Made by a program: the position numbers and the translations under genes. A stretch of 64,000 bases of DNA, from contig NW_027590388.1 of NCBI RefSeq assembly GCF_964213995.1, positions 1 through 64,000 on the forward strand. The letters are read 5' to 3'. Source of the stretch: Mustelus asterias (lineage: Eukaryota). This document shows, piece by piece, positions 40,115 through 52,137 of the stretch. The notes below the pieces were generated by a model that ran no database searches, was not told the DNA's origin, and saw nothing but the letters and a program-made list of their open reading frames with translations. How positions within the stretch are numbered: position 1 is the first letter of the stretch; each line of letters begins with the position of its first letter.

Positions 40115-41174
40115 TCAGTCCTGGATATGATTAACAGCATCGATAAGTGTAGAATCCAAACCTTGCAGTCCCTTGTGAACTCGCCGGTGTGTTAGCAGGT
40201 GGGATGACTGAATAAATCCCTTTCCACAGACATTACAGGTGAACGGCCTCTCCCCAGTGTGAACTCGCTGGTGTTTCAGAAGATAAGATAAATGAGAAAA
40301 TCCCTTCCCACAGACAGAGCAGGTAAATGGTCTCTCCGCACTGTGAACTCTCTGATGTGTCAGCAGGTTGGATGACTGACTGAATCCCTTCCCACACATG
40401 GAGCAGGTGAACGGCCTCTCCCCAGTGTGAACCCGCTGGTGGTTCAATAAGTTGGATGAAAGAGTGAATCCCTTCCCACACACGGAGCAAGTGAATGGCC
40501 TCTCCTCACTGTGAACCTGCTGGTGTGTCAGAAGGTTGGATGAATTAATGAATCCCTTCCCACAGTCTGAGCAGGTGAAGGCCTCTCCCCAGTGTGAATT
40601 CTCTGGCGGTTCAGTAGGGCAGATGGACGGCTGAATCCCTTCCCACACACACAGCAGGTGAATGGCCTCTCCCCAGTGTGAGTATATTGGTGCGTCAGCA
40701 GATCCTTTTTGTTTTTAAAGCTCTTCGCAGTCGGAACAATTAAAAAGTTTGTTGTCAGAGTGAACAAGTTGATGTGTCTGCAGGTGGGATGACTGAATGA
40801 ATCCTTTCCCACACACAGAGCAGGTGAATGGTCTCTCCCGTGTGAATACGTTGGTGTGTCAGCAGATCTTTTTTGCATTTAAAACTCTTCCCACAGTCAG
40901 AACATGGAAACATTCTCTCATCAGTGTGAACAAGTTGGTGTGTCACAATGTGGGATGAGCGAGTGAATCCCTTCCCACACACAGGGCAGGTGAACGGCCT
41001 CTCCCCAGTGTGAACCCTTTGGTGAGTCAGAAGGTTGTATGAATGGGTGAATCCCTTCCCACAAACGGAGGAGGTGAATGGTCTCTCCCCAGTGTGACTG
41101 CACCAATGAACTTCCAGTTGTGATGGGAAACTGAATCCTTTCCCACAATCCACACATTTCCACGGTTTCTCCAT
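40115..41174 (-). pseudogene. ZNF copy F: 12 fingers, frameshifted; inverted paralog of J
   Basis: Split over ORFs 40755-41174, 40528-40878 and 40115-40648; same finger helices and tail as J. Confidence 0.9.
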
Positions 41175-41805
41175 GGTGCTGGTGCCCTTGTGTTTCTCCA
41201 GGTTGGATGATCAGTTGAAACCTCGTCCACACACACAACATACATGTAGTTTCACCCTGCTGTGAACTGTGTGATGTTTCTTCAGGCTGTGGACTGGTTA
41301 AAGCTCTTTCCACAGTCAGTTCACTGGAACACTCTCAATCGGGTGTGTGTTTGTTTCAATGCTTTTCCGGTCACACTGATGTTTAAAATCTTTGCCGACA
41401 GACAGAAGAGTCAAACATTTCTCCTCCCACATTCAAAGACCAATGATCTTCAGCTCTGAATGAACAAAGTGACTTTGCCAGTCATGATGTTCGTTTGAGT
41501 TTTCTGTCTACCAATCCTCCACTTCCAATATCCTGTAAAAAAAAATTTGGAAAAGTCATCACTGTCAGTCCGGAATAGAAATCCTGAACAGACAATTCTA
41601 GTTTCTCCGGAACATTTTTTCCTCTCTTGTTCCCCAAAATCTGTAAATCCCCGTCCCACACACTCTCCCTTCTCCCTGGGCTTAAACCCATCTCACCATC
41701 TGCATCATTTCTTTCCTCCACTCCCAGTTTTCTCCCTCCCTCTCCTCTGATTGGGTTCAGTTCTCCAGCTCCTGTCTGCAGACTGACAATAAAACCAATG
41801 GGTCT

Positions 41806-42535
41806 TACTGGGGGTGTTGGGGCCTCCAGCGGGTGTTTGTGAATCCTCCCCGCCCACCTCCCAGGGTTTCCTTCCTTCCCAGAGATCAGAGTCCTCATTG
41901 ATTTGAGGCCAAAGTGTAACCTCTTATTTATTGTCCCCCTCCCCCATCCTCTGATGTGAACCATCCTCCAGTGGCTGAGCCAGGATGGGGCCGTTAACCT
42001 GGGCCTGTTCCCGGGAGGGAGAAGCCCCGCAGCTGCAAACCAGGGAGCTGACAATGATTCTGAAGGGTTTGCGGATCCACAAAGTGTTTCCAAATCCTCC
42101 CAGCCACCGCCTAACGCTGACTCCGCTTCTCCGGGACAAACAAGCGCCAAGGACAGCAATGACACTGCGCATGCTCCACATCACAATGCCCGGGGGCTGA
42201 TTGACGGCAGCTCCGGGCCAATAGGATGAGGGGGCGGGGCTGGAGGACCGAGCTGGAGCGGCTGGACCTCCAACCAATCGGAGTGAATGAGGGGCGGGAC
42301 CTGAAGCATGCGCAGTGCGGGTAATGGCGACGGACAGACGGACAGTTTTAACCTGGAAGCGAGATCAATCCGAGGTAGAGGGCGGCGTGCGGGGAATGCT
42401 AAATGTGGCGGGTGGGTGGAGAGGCTTCATAAACATGTTGTTCCAACCCAAACCCCGGAAATGAACTTCCCGGTCCCCCCATTTGTACCAAATGGAGCAG
42501 CAGCTTGTAGTGTTAGACCCAGGCTGACTGCCGCC
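41806..42535. promoter_or_regulatory. Bidirectional type-1 promoter between ZNF F (-) and ZNF G (+)
   Basis: Near-identical to 7314-8057. Confidence 0.75.
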
Positions 42536-42787
42536 TGTGGTAAACCACTGTTAAGCTTATTGCCTGTGTGTGTGTGACATGTCTGGGCATGCCCATGCCA
42601 GCCCTGCATGAGACTCCTCCCCCCCCCCCCCCCCGTCCAGGTATGAAGGTGACTGCTCCCCACCCTCCTGCCTCAGTTGCTGGACCAGTTCATCAGCATG
42701 GGTGTGTGCTCCAAGTCTTTTGCGAATAAAAGCCGATTTGTTCTTGCAAACAAACTAGTCTTTACTTGATTGATAGATAGTGCATCA
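42536..42787 (+). mobile_element. 252-bp solo LTR with 5-bp TSD CCGCC
   Basis: TG...CA ends, AATAAA at ~42726, CCGCC on both sides; the paralog has a single ccgcc at 8053-8057. Confidence 0.88.
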
Positions 42788-42837
42788 CCGCCATTGAGGC
42801 TGCATGTGGGAGGCCGGCAGGGATTGTGATCGGGGAG

Positions 42838-43060
42838 TGATGTCACAATGGAATGGGTGAGGGTGTGACGTCACAATGGAATGTGTGAGTGTGTGATGTC
42901 ACAATGGAATGGGTGAGGGTGTGACGTCACAATGGAATGGGTCGGAGTGTGACGTCACAATGGAATGGGTGAAAGTGTGATGTCACAATGGAATGGGTGA
43001 GAGTGTGAGGTCACAATGGAATGGGTGAGAGTGTGAGGTCACAATGGAATGGGTGAGGGT
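42838..43060. repeat. 28-bp CRE-containing tandem array, 8 units
   Basis: Units at 42838, 42866, 42894, 42922, 42950, 42978, 43006, 43034. Confidence 0.95.
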
Positions 43061-43064
43061 TCCA

Positions 43065-44950
43065 AATTTGCCCGACTTCGGTCATTGCCAAGATTTTCGA
43101 GTCCATTATTAAAGCTGAGATCGCAGAGTACTTGGAAGTGCAGGATAAAGTAGGACTGAGTCAGCACGGCTTTGTCAAGGGGAGGTCATGTCTGACAAAT
43201 CTGTTAGAGTTCTTTGAGGAGCTTTTGATTTGATTTGATTTATTATTGTCGCATGTATTAACATACAGTGAAAAGTATTGTTTCTTGTGCGCTATACAGA
43301 GAAAACATAGGGACCTCAGATTGTTGTAAAGAGAGGTTGAAGATGTCTGTGAATACCTCTGCCGGCTGATCCGCACAGGATCTGAATGCACATCCGGGTA
43401 TCCCATCCGGGCCAGTTGCTTTCTGTGGGTTGACCTTGAAGAAAGCTGCTCTGACATCTGCAATGGAGACCGCAGATACAGGTTCATCCAGGGCTTCCAG
43501 GGTGGAGGGCATGCTCTCGCTGACCTCTTGCTCAAAACGAATGCATTGAGCTCATCAGGGAGAGGAGCGTTGGAGCCGGCGATTTTACATATCTTCACCT
43601 TGGAGACTGTTATGTCTTGCAGACCTTGCCATAGTCAGCGGGGATTGGTGTGGCTAGCCTGGGACTCTAGCTTGGTCCAGTATTGTCTTTTGGCATCTTT
43701 GATGGATCTCCTTAGATCATATCTGGTAACAAAGAAGTTAGATAAAAGAGAACTAGTGGACCTGATTTATTTAGATTTCCAGAAGGCCTTTGACAAGGTG
43801 GTGCAGAGGAAACTGTTAAATAAGTTAAGTGCCTATGGTGTTAAGGGTAAGATCCTGGCATGGATAGAGGATTGGCTGGCAGAAGGCAGAGAGTGGGGAT
43901 AAAGGGGTCTTTCTCAGGATGGCAGCCGGTGACCAGTGGTGTGCCTCAGGGGTCAGTGTTGGGACCGCAACTTTTCACAATATACATTAACGATTTGGAG
44001 GAAGGAACTGAAGGCACTGTTGCTAAGTTTGCAGATGATACAAAGATATGTAGAGGGAGAGGTAGTAACGAGGAAGCAGGGGGGCTGCAGAAGGACTTGG
44101 ACAGGTTAGGAGAATGGGCAAAGAAGCGGCAGATGGAATACAATGTGGAGAAGTGTGAGGTTATGCACTTTGGAAGGAGGAATGGAGGCACAGACTATTT
44201 TCTAAATGGGGAAATGCTGAGGAAATCAGAAACACAAAGGGACCTGGAAGTCATTGTTCAAGATTCTCTTAAAGTTAACGTGCAGGTTCAGTTGGCAGTT
44301 AGGAAGGCAAATGCAATGTTAGCATTCATGTCGATAGGCCTGGAATACAAGAGCAGGGATATATTTCTGAGGCTGCGTAAGGCTCTGGTCAGCCCCCATT
44401 TGGACTGTTGTGAGCAGTTTTGGTCCCCATATCTAAGGAAGGATGTGCTGGCTTTGGAAAAGGTCCAGAGGAGGTTCACAAGAATGATCCCTGGAATGAA
44501 GAGCTTGTTCTATGAGGAACAGTTCAGGACTCTGGATCTGTACTCATCGGAGTTTATAAGGATGAGGGGGGATCTTATTGAAACTTACAGGATACGGCGA
44601 GGCCTGGATAGAGTGGACGTGGAGAGAATGTTTCCACTAGTAGGAACAGCTAGAAATAGAGGGCACAACCTCAGGCTAAAGGGACGATCCTCTGAAACAG
44701 AGATGAGGAGGAATTTCTTCAGCCAGAGAATGGTGAATCTGTGGAACTCTTTGCTGCAGAAGGCTGTGGAGGCCGGGTCATTGAGTGTCTTTAAGACAGA
44801 GATAGATAGGTTCCTGATTAATGAGGGGATCAGGGATTATGGGGAAAAGGCAGGAGAATGGGGATGAGAAAAATATCAGCCAAGATTGAATGGCGGAGCA
44901 GACTCGATGGGCCGAGTGGCCTAATTCTGTTACTGTGTCTTATGGTCTAA
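43065..44950 (+). mobile_element. CR1 LINE RT and 3' end, interrupted at 43222-43725
   Basis: QHGFVKGRSCLTNLLEFFEE | VTKKLDK; ORF 43860-44867 with KFADDTK; tail tgtcttatggtct. Confidence 0.93.
43222..43725 (-). mobile_element. Rex1/Babar-like LINE fragment nested in the CR1
   Basis: LPDELNAF; KVNPQKATGPDGIPG..RSCADQPAEVFTDIFNLSL; (aaatc)n tail. Confidence 0.75.
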
Positions 44951-45497
44951 TGAGTTGAGACTGGGTGGCGTCGGACGATGTCACTGAGGTGGAAATAGGC
45001 AGTCTTGATGATGATGTGGCTGGAAGCTCATCCTGGAGTGAAATATTTCACCATGGTTGTGAACAGCCTGGTTCCGGCTCCGACAGGGAGTGGAGTTTGT
45101 CGTGGGGACTGAAGACAATGGGTTCAGACTTCCCAGTATTTATATGGAAAACATTTCTGTTCTCTTAGTCCTGGATGTCAGACAAGTCAGGATGAGTTGG
45201 AGGGGAACTTGGAGCTGATGGTGCTAACCACTGTGCCACCGTGCCGCAGAATGCTAAATGGAATGAGAGAGAGAGTGTATGTGTGAGGGGTGTGGGTGGA
45301 GATTTAAAGAATGTTCCATAGAAACTACAATTGTCTGTTTTGAATTTCTATCATGTGCTGACAGTGATGATTTTTGTAAACTCCTTTCAGTGGATATTGG
45401 AAGGAGAGGTTTTGACTGGAAAAGCACTGAGATTCTCACACCCGTATCAGAGTGTTCCAGTGCACTGATTGTGGAGAGACACAAGGACTCCGACACC

Positions 45498-45645
45498 ATG
45501 GAGAAACCATGGAAATGTGGAGACTGTGGGAAGGGATTCAGAGCCCCATCTGGGGTGGAATCTCATCGACGCAGTCACACCGGGGAGAGACCGTTCATAT
45601 GCTCCACTTGTGGGAAGGGATTCAATCATTCATCGAATCTGCTGA
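45498..45645 (+). pseudogene. ZNF copy G: truncated within finger 2
   Basis: MEKPWKC...NHSSNLLR runs into a (GA)n tract. Confidence 0.88.
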
Positions 45646-45694
45646 GAGAGAGAGAGAGAGAAAGATTGAGAGAGAAAGAATCCAACCCCTGCAA

Positions 45695-46286
45695 TCACTT
45701 GTGAACTTGTTGGTGTCGCTGCAGGTTGGATGACCGATTGAATCCATTTCCCACACACAGAGCAGGTGAACGGTCTGTCCCCAGTGTGAACTCGCTGGTG
45801 TCTCTGCCATGTGGATGACCTCCTAAACCTCTTTGTGCAGTGAGAGCAGCTAAGCAGTCTCTCGTCAGTGTGAATGGGTTGGTGGACCATCAGTTCTCGA
45901 GAGCTTTTGAAGCCACTCCCACAGTCAGAGCATTTAAAGGGTCTGTCTTGGGTGTGAGTGACCTTGTGGCTCAACAGGTTGGGCAACTGAGTGAATCCCT
46001 TCCCACACACACAGCAGGTGAACGGTCTCTCCCCGGTGTGAATGCGCTGGTCGGTCAGCAGATTGTTTAACCGAGTGAATCCTTTCCCACACACACAGCA
46101 GGTGAATGGTCTCTCCCCAGTGTGAACTCCCTGGTGTGTTTGTAAATGGGATAACTGAGTGAATCTCTTCCCACACACACAGCAGGTGAATGGTCTCTCT
46201 CCAGTGTGACTGCGCCGATGAGTTTCCAGTGCAGATGGGAACCTGAATCCTTTCCCACAGTCCCCACATTTACACAATTTCTCCAT
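45695..46286 (-). pseudogene. ZNF copy H: 7 fingers, damaged (His>Asp in finger 3, frameshift in finger 7)
   Basis: ORF 45630-46322; family stop at 45695-45697 is out of frame; 3' UTR cut at the GA tract. Confidence 0.75.
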
Positions 46287-47440
46287 GGTGCGGGTGTCCT
46301 TGTGACTCTCCAGGCTTGACAATTAGTTCAGTTACAACATAACATGGGTGCGGTCTCTCTGCTGCAATGTATTTTCAGGCTGTTTAACTGGTTAAAGTTC
46401 TTTCCACAGTCACTCAGGTGTGTGCATGTTTCAGTGTGTGTGTGTCTCGGTGCTTTTCCAGTCACACTGATGTTTAAAATCTCCTGAAGCAGACAGAGCA
46501 GAGAAACATTTCCATTCTAGATTCAAAGCTCGATGATATTCAGGTCCCAATGAACTGAGTGACTATGTTAGATTTTGATGTGAGGTTTGGTTTGATATTC
46601 GTCTTTAAATCTTCACCTTCTGATATCCTGCAAAAGGAATTTACAAACATCATCAATGTCAGCACAGGATAGAAATTCAGAACAGACAATTCTAATTTCC
46701 AATGAACATTCTTTCCTCTCTCATCCCCAAAGCTGTGAATCTCCATCCCACACCCTCTCCCTCCATTCTCACTCTGCTGTATCTAATATTCACCCTCCCA
46801 ATTCTCCTGAAGGTACTGATTGAGGCTGATTGACAGATCCATGCTCACTGCTTCCTGTCCACCACACACAAATCATAAGAAACAGGAGCTGCGGTTGGCC
46901 ATTCAGCCCATCGAACTGCCTCAACCATTCATTGAGAATTGGCTGATCTACCGCAGCATCATTTCCCACGCTATCCCCCAGATAGAGAGAGAATAGAGCC
47001 AATGTTTCGAGTCTGGAGGGAGGAAAGAATGTTCCATAGAAATTAGAATTGTCTGTTCTGAATTTCTATCCTGCACTGACACTGATGACCTCTGCAAACT
47101 TGTTTTACAGGAAATTGAAAGAGGAATCACAGACCGAAATCTCAGACGTTGTGTCTAGATCTGACAGAGTCATATTCCTCGGGACCTGAATATCATCGGC
47201 CTTTAAATCAAGGAGAAATGGTTGTCCGGTCTGGTGACTTGAAAAGATTTCAAACATCAGTGTGACTGGAAAAGTGCCAACACGCTGCAACACTGGAGTG
47301 AGTATGTTCTAGTGCATTGACTCAAGAGCTTTAACCAGTTACACAGCAATAAATATCACACCATTCACAGCGGGGGTGGGGGGACTGTTCTGTGTGTGGA
47401 CGAGTGTTCAACTGAAGAGAAAGGAAAGAACACCTGCACC

Positions 47441-48199
47441 ATGGAGAAACCATGGAAATGTGGGGACTGTGGGAAGAGATACAGAGCCCCATCAGAGCTG
47501 GAAGATCATCGGCACAGCCACACTGGGGAGAGACCATTTACTTGCTCTCAGTGTGGGGAGGGATTCACTCGGGTATCCCAGCTGCAGAGACACCAGCGAG
47601 CTCACACTGGGGAGAGGCCCTTCACCTGCTCTCAGTGTGGGAAGGGATTCACTCGGGTATCCCAGCTGCAGAGACACCAGCGAGTTCACACTGGGGAGAG
47701 GCCGTTCACCTGCTCTCAGTGTGAGAAGGGGTTCAGTCAATTATCCAACCTGCAGAAGCACCAGCGAGTTCACACTGGGGAGAGACCGTTCACCTGCTCT
47801 CAGTGCGGGAAGGGGTTCAGTCAATTATCTAACCTGCAGACGCACCAGCGCCTTCATACTGGGGAGAGACCGTTCACCTGCTCTCAGTGTGGGAAGGGAT
47901 TCACTGATTTATTCACCCTGCGGACTCACCAGCGAGTTCACACTGGGGAGAGACCGTTCACCTGCTCTCAGTGTGGGAAGGGATTCACTGATTTATTCAC
48001 CCTGCGGACTCACCAGCGAGTTCACACTGGGGAGAGACCGTTCACCTGCTCTCAGTGTGGGAAGGGGTTCAGTCAATTATCCACCCTGCGGACACACCAG
48101 CGAGTTCACACTGGGGAGAGACCATTCACCTGCTCTCAGTGTGGGAAGGGTTTCAGAGTTTCATCCGCCCTGCTGAGACACCAAAATGCTCATGAGTGA
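47441..48199 (+). CDS. ZNF copy I: 9 fingers, 252 aa
   Basis: gcaccATGg; uninterrupted ORF; its upstream intron is cut at ~47015, so the promoter is unclear. Confidence 0.82.
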   Translation: MEKPWKCGDCGKRYRAPSELEDHRHSHTGERPFTCSQCGEGFTRVSQLQRHQRAHTGERPFTCSQCGKGFTRVSQLQRHQRVHTGERPFTCSQCEKGFSQLSNLQKHQRVHTGERPFTCSQCGKGFSQLSNLQTHQRLHTGERPFTCSQCGKGFTDLFTLRTHQRVHTGERPFTCSQCGKGFTDLFTLRTHQRVHTGERPFTCSQCGKGFSQLSTLRTHQRVHTGERPFTCSQCGKGFRVSSALLRHQNAHE

Positions 48200-49504
48200 T
48201 TTCAGGGGTTGGATTCTGCTGTTATTGTTTCTGCTCTCAATTACATCCAGGACTGCATTTTGTTCATTCTCACAGTTGGTCAATGGGGAGGGTCGGAGGG
48301 TTTCTTTCTGCTGGACTGGCCGGTCTCATGACTTTGCCTCCAGTGGGCTGATGCTCTTTGAGTCTTGTTGCGAATACCTGGTTTCAGATTTCACACGGAT
48401 CACAGAGTGACAGGGTGTGAGGAAGTTAAGAGTTACTATTTCTGTTTGAAACTTCCCAAATGCTCATCCAATTTCCTTTGTAATTGTTTATTGTCTCCAC
48501 TTCCTCCACCCTCGTAGGCAGCGAGTTCCAGGTCATTACCATTCACTGCATCAAAATATTCTTCCTCACATCCCCCCTTCCTCTCTGACCCAAAACCATA
48601 AATCTGTGTCCCCCTCGTCCTTCTCTCGTCAGCTAATGGGAACAGCTTTTCTTTGTCCATCTTATCTAAACCTGTCAGAATCTTGTCCACCTCTATCAAA
48701 TCTACCCTCAACCTCCTTGCTCCAAGGGGAACAACCCTAGCCTGACATTGACAATAAAGAACAAACTAACAGAATATGTTAATACCTGAAATCAAATGGG
48801 AATGTTTAATTTCTGTTTTAAAGAAATCATGAATATATTGTCCCGTACAATAAAGGGATTTGAATAACTCAGCTTGAGTGCAGTTGAATGAAATGTCTCA
48901 ATCGCGTATCCACCCACAGTCGAGAGGAAGTGTGGAATGTGTAGCTGGAAATCCCTCCCTAACAGCACTGTGGGTGTACTTACACCTTCGGCATTATAGC
49001 AGTTCAGGAAGGCAGTGTTGGCGCTGATCGTGGCCGAGGCGGCTACATACAGCCACATATTCTGTTATAACTGAAGGACTGCAGATTAAATGTGCGGCAT
49101 TATGGGACTGGACTATCTTGACCACATTCCTGTGACTGCTCAGTTTCTGCAATCATGAACCATTAAAGCTGCTTAGCAGGGTCCTGACAGAGGACCTGGT
49201 GAGAATATTTACTCAGAATGAGTGAGAATGAAACTTATTCCAGGACCGGCTGGTGTTCAGTGGCTGAGATTCCCGAATCTGTAAAAAGGGGGTCTGACCA
49301 GTGGTAGGTAGTCCGGTAAGAAGCGTTCTCATGCATTATTTAAATTATTTTATCATGAAGTTGTGATCAGAACTGTGAGGGACTTGTAACCCAATAGTTG
49401 TTGAATTGACGGTAAACTCCAAGTAGCACTGGACTGAAAAGGGGGTCTGACCAAGAAGTGAAGTGATCTCAGGCATTGTTTAAATTACATCATCATTGGC
49501 CAAC

Positions 49505-49800
49505 TTCCCCTTTGTGATGTCACAATGGAGTCCTGCCTGAATCAGCCAATAGGAATCACTCTGCTCCGCGGTGACGTCTCTGGGTTCCAGTGCTCAGGCC
49601 CGGGCGCACGGACCCGGGAGCCCCACCCCCACCCATTGTTCCCCTCCCCCTGCACCACATCGAGCCAAGGTTTCCAGGCAACCGGCTGGCGGCTCCGGCC
49701 AGAGCGAGAAGCTGCTCGGTAATCTCCCCCTCCCCCCGGCCCGGGACTGCGCATGTCCAAGAGAGGGGGAAGCTGCGAATTGCAGGGCAGATCCTGCCCC
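49505..49800. promoter_or_regulatory. CpG-rich promoter-like segment
   Basis: tgtgatgtcacaatgg, CCAAT, TGACGTC, TGCGCATG; high CpG density. Confidence 0.45.
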
Positions 49801-49949
49801 CTGACCTTCTGAGGTGTTGATTAATAGGAAGAGTTGAAGGACCGGAAGGACTCTGGTCCTCCAGCTGATCAGAGCGCGGGCTTTGCGTGAATGAAGATTG
49901 AGCTTCAGACAGACTGAAACTTCCTCCTGTCTCCAACATCAGAGAGGTT

Positions 49950-50022
49950 GTTTCTGTAGTGAAGTGGTTGTCACGTTTGCCTGACACGCGAAAGGTCCCC
50001 GGGTCAGAACCGGGCAGGAATG
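49950..50022 (+). pseudogene. tRNA-Val pseudogene (anticodon reads GAC)
   Basis: Aligns without gaps to vertebrate tRNA-Val (GTTTCCGTAGTGTAGTGGTTATCACG...GAAAGGTCCCCGGTTCGAAACCGGGCGGAAACA); T-loop/B-box mutated to GGTCAGAAC; no T-run terminator. Confidence 0.88.
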
Positions 50023-50029
50023 TTAATTT

Positions 50030-50882
50030 GTTAATTCCAGCATCAAAGTGGGAAGGGGGAGGAAGGTGAGCTGTTGCCTGCCTGCCTGCTGTCCGGCCTG
50101 CCTGCCTGCCTGTCGTCTGGCCTGCCTGCCGTCTGGCCTGCCTGTCTTCCGTCCGTCCGCCCACTGGAGGGTGCTCTCTCCCTGGAGGGAGAGAGGACAC
50201 GGAGTGACTTTCTTTCTTTTTTCTTTCCATCTATGGGAGGGAGGACTGCACGTTTCAACATCGAGGGACTGAGTGGTTGGGCTGGTGCCCTCATCATCAG
50301 AAGGTCGGTGCCTGAAAGGGATGGGGGGGTGAAGTAAATTCAGACTGTTTTTTCCATCTGGGGGGGGGGGCGGCGGTGAAGACACCCCGGACTTGAACTG
50401 TTTGCGCCCAAAAGGGCTGGAGGAGTAAAGTCCCCCACCCACTGCTGCTGCCCCCAACACCGGCGCCCCCAACACCGGCACCCCCTCCCCTCTTTCCCCC
50501 TGACTGGGGCACCGGCCCCCCTCCGTGCCTTGTCCCTCGTCCTCCCTCCTGCTCCTCCTCTCTCCTCTCTCGCTCCGGGGAGAGAGCACCTAGATCCCCA
50601 TCCACCTACCCTGCCCTCCCTTATTTTTCCCTCCTCTTATACGTCCTGCCGTGGCAGAGCCTTCTCGGCCCACCTATGCGGGCGTGGCGGCTGCCAGAGC
50701 CCCCGCCGCTCCCAAGGCCCTGCCACCTTTTTCGTTGCTCACGCGGCAGCTCGGGGTTAAGTGCTACGCCCACCCCGACATGTCCATCGAGGCCTGTGTC
50801 AAGGCAATGGCTGGGGTTGTCGGCCCCTCAGCCATTGTCGCGGCCTCTAAGATGTCCGGCCGGGCCGTATTCTTTTTGAAGG
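50030..50882 (+). mobile_element. L1/Tx1-clade element 5' UTR and ORF1 N-terminus, 3'-truncated
   Basis: PTYAGVAA...GVKCYAHPDMSIEACVKAMAGVVGPSAIVAASKMSGRAVFFLK resembles Tx1 ORF1 (from recall); (gcct)n in the UTR; abrupt fusion to the ZNF promoter at ~50883. Confidence 0.7.
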
Positions 50883-51510
50883 CCACCCACCCGCCACATT
50901 TATCATTCCCCGCGCGCCGCCCTCTACCTTGTATTGTTCTCGCTTCCAAGTTGAAACCGTCCGTCCGCCGCCGCCGCCGCCATTACCCGCACTGCGCATG
51001 CTTCAGGTCCCGCCCCTCATTCACTCCGATTGGTTGGAGGACCAGCCGCTCCCGCTCGGTCCTCCAGTCCCGCCCCCTCTTCCTATTGGTCCGGAGCTGG
51101 CGTCAATCAGCTCCCGGGCATTGTGATGTGGAGCATGCGCAGTGTCATTGCTGGCCTTGGCGCTTGTTTGTCCCGGAGAAGCGGAGTCAGCGTTCGGCGG
51201 TGGCTGGGAGGATTTGGAAACACTTTGTGGATCCGCAAACCCTTCAGAATCATTGTCAGCTCCCTGGTTTGCAGCTGCGGGGCTTCTCCCTCCCTCCCTC
51301 CCGGGAACAGGCCCAGGTTAGCGGCCCCATCCTGGCTCAGCCACTGGAGGATGGTTCACATCAGAGGATGGGGGAGGGGGACAATAAATAAGAGGTTACA
51401 CTTTGGCCTCAAATCAATGAGGGTTCTGATCTCTGGGAAGGAAGGAAACCCTGGGAGGTGGGCGGGAAGGATTCACAAACACCCGCTGGAGGCCCCAACA
51501 TCCCCAATAA
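50883..51510. promoter_or_regulatory. Type-1 bidirectional promoter of ZNF J (+); minus-strand exon MAAAAADGRFQLGSENNT-R at 50983-50928
   Basis: Reverse complement of 41806-42419. Confidence 0.75.
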
Positions 51511-52137
51511 GACCCATTGGTTTTATTGTCAGTCTGCAGACAGGAGCTGGAGAACTGAACCCAGACAGAGGAGAGGGAGGGAGAAAACTGGGAGTGGAGG
51601 AAAGAAATGGTAGAGATGGGTTTGGATTTCAGCCCAGGGAAGAGGGAGAGTGTGTGGGACGGAGATTTACAGATTTGGGGGAACAAGAGAGGAAAAAATG
51701 TTCCAGACGAACTAGAATTGTCTGTTCAGAGTTTGTATCGTGTTCTGACAGTGATGACTTTTCTAAACTGTTTTTACAGGATATTGGAAGTGAAAGATTG
51801 GCAGACAGAAAATTCAAACCGGACATCACATCTGACAAAGTCATTCAGTTCCTTCGGAGCTGAATATCATTGGTCTTTGAATATAGAAAGAGAAATATTT
51901 GTCTGTTCTGCCTGTGGGCAAAGAAATTAAACATCACTGTGACTGGAAAAGCATCGAGACAAACACACACCCGAGTGAGAGTGTTCCAGTGAACTGAATG
52001 TGGAAAGAGCTTTAACCAGTTACACAGCCTGAAAAAACATCACAGTTCACAGCAGGGTGAAACTACGTGTATGTTGTGTGTGTGGATGAGGCTTGAACTG
52101 ATCATCCAACCTGGAGAAACACAAGGACACCCGCACC

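Noticed and set aside
52099-52101. Selenocysteine or programmed readthrough at the shared upstream TGA
   Set aside because: Three copies have TAA, and further stops or frameshifts lie upstream (e.g. another TGA four codons earlier in J).
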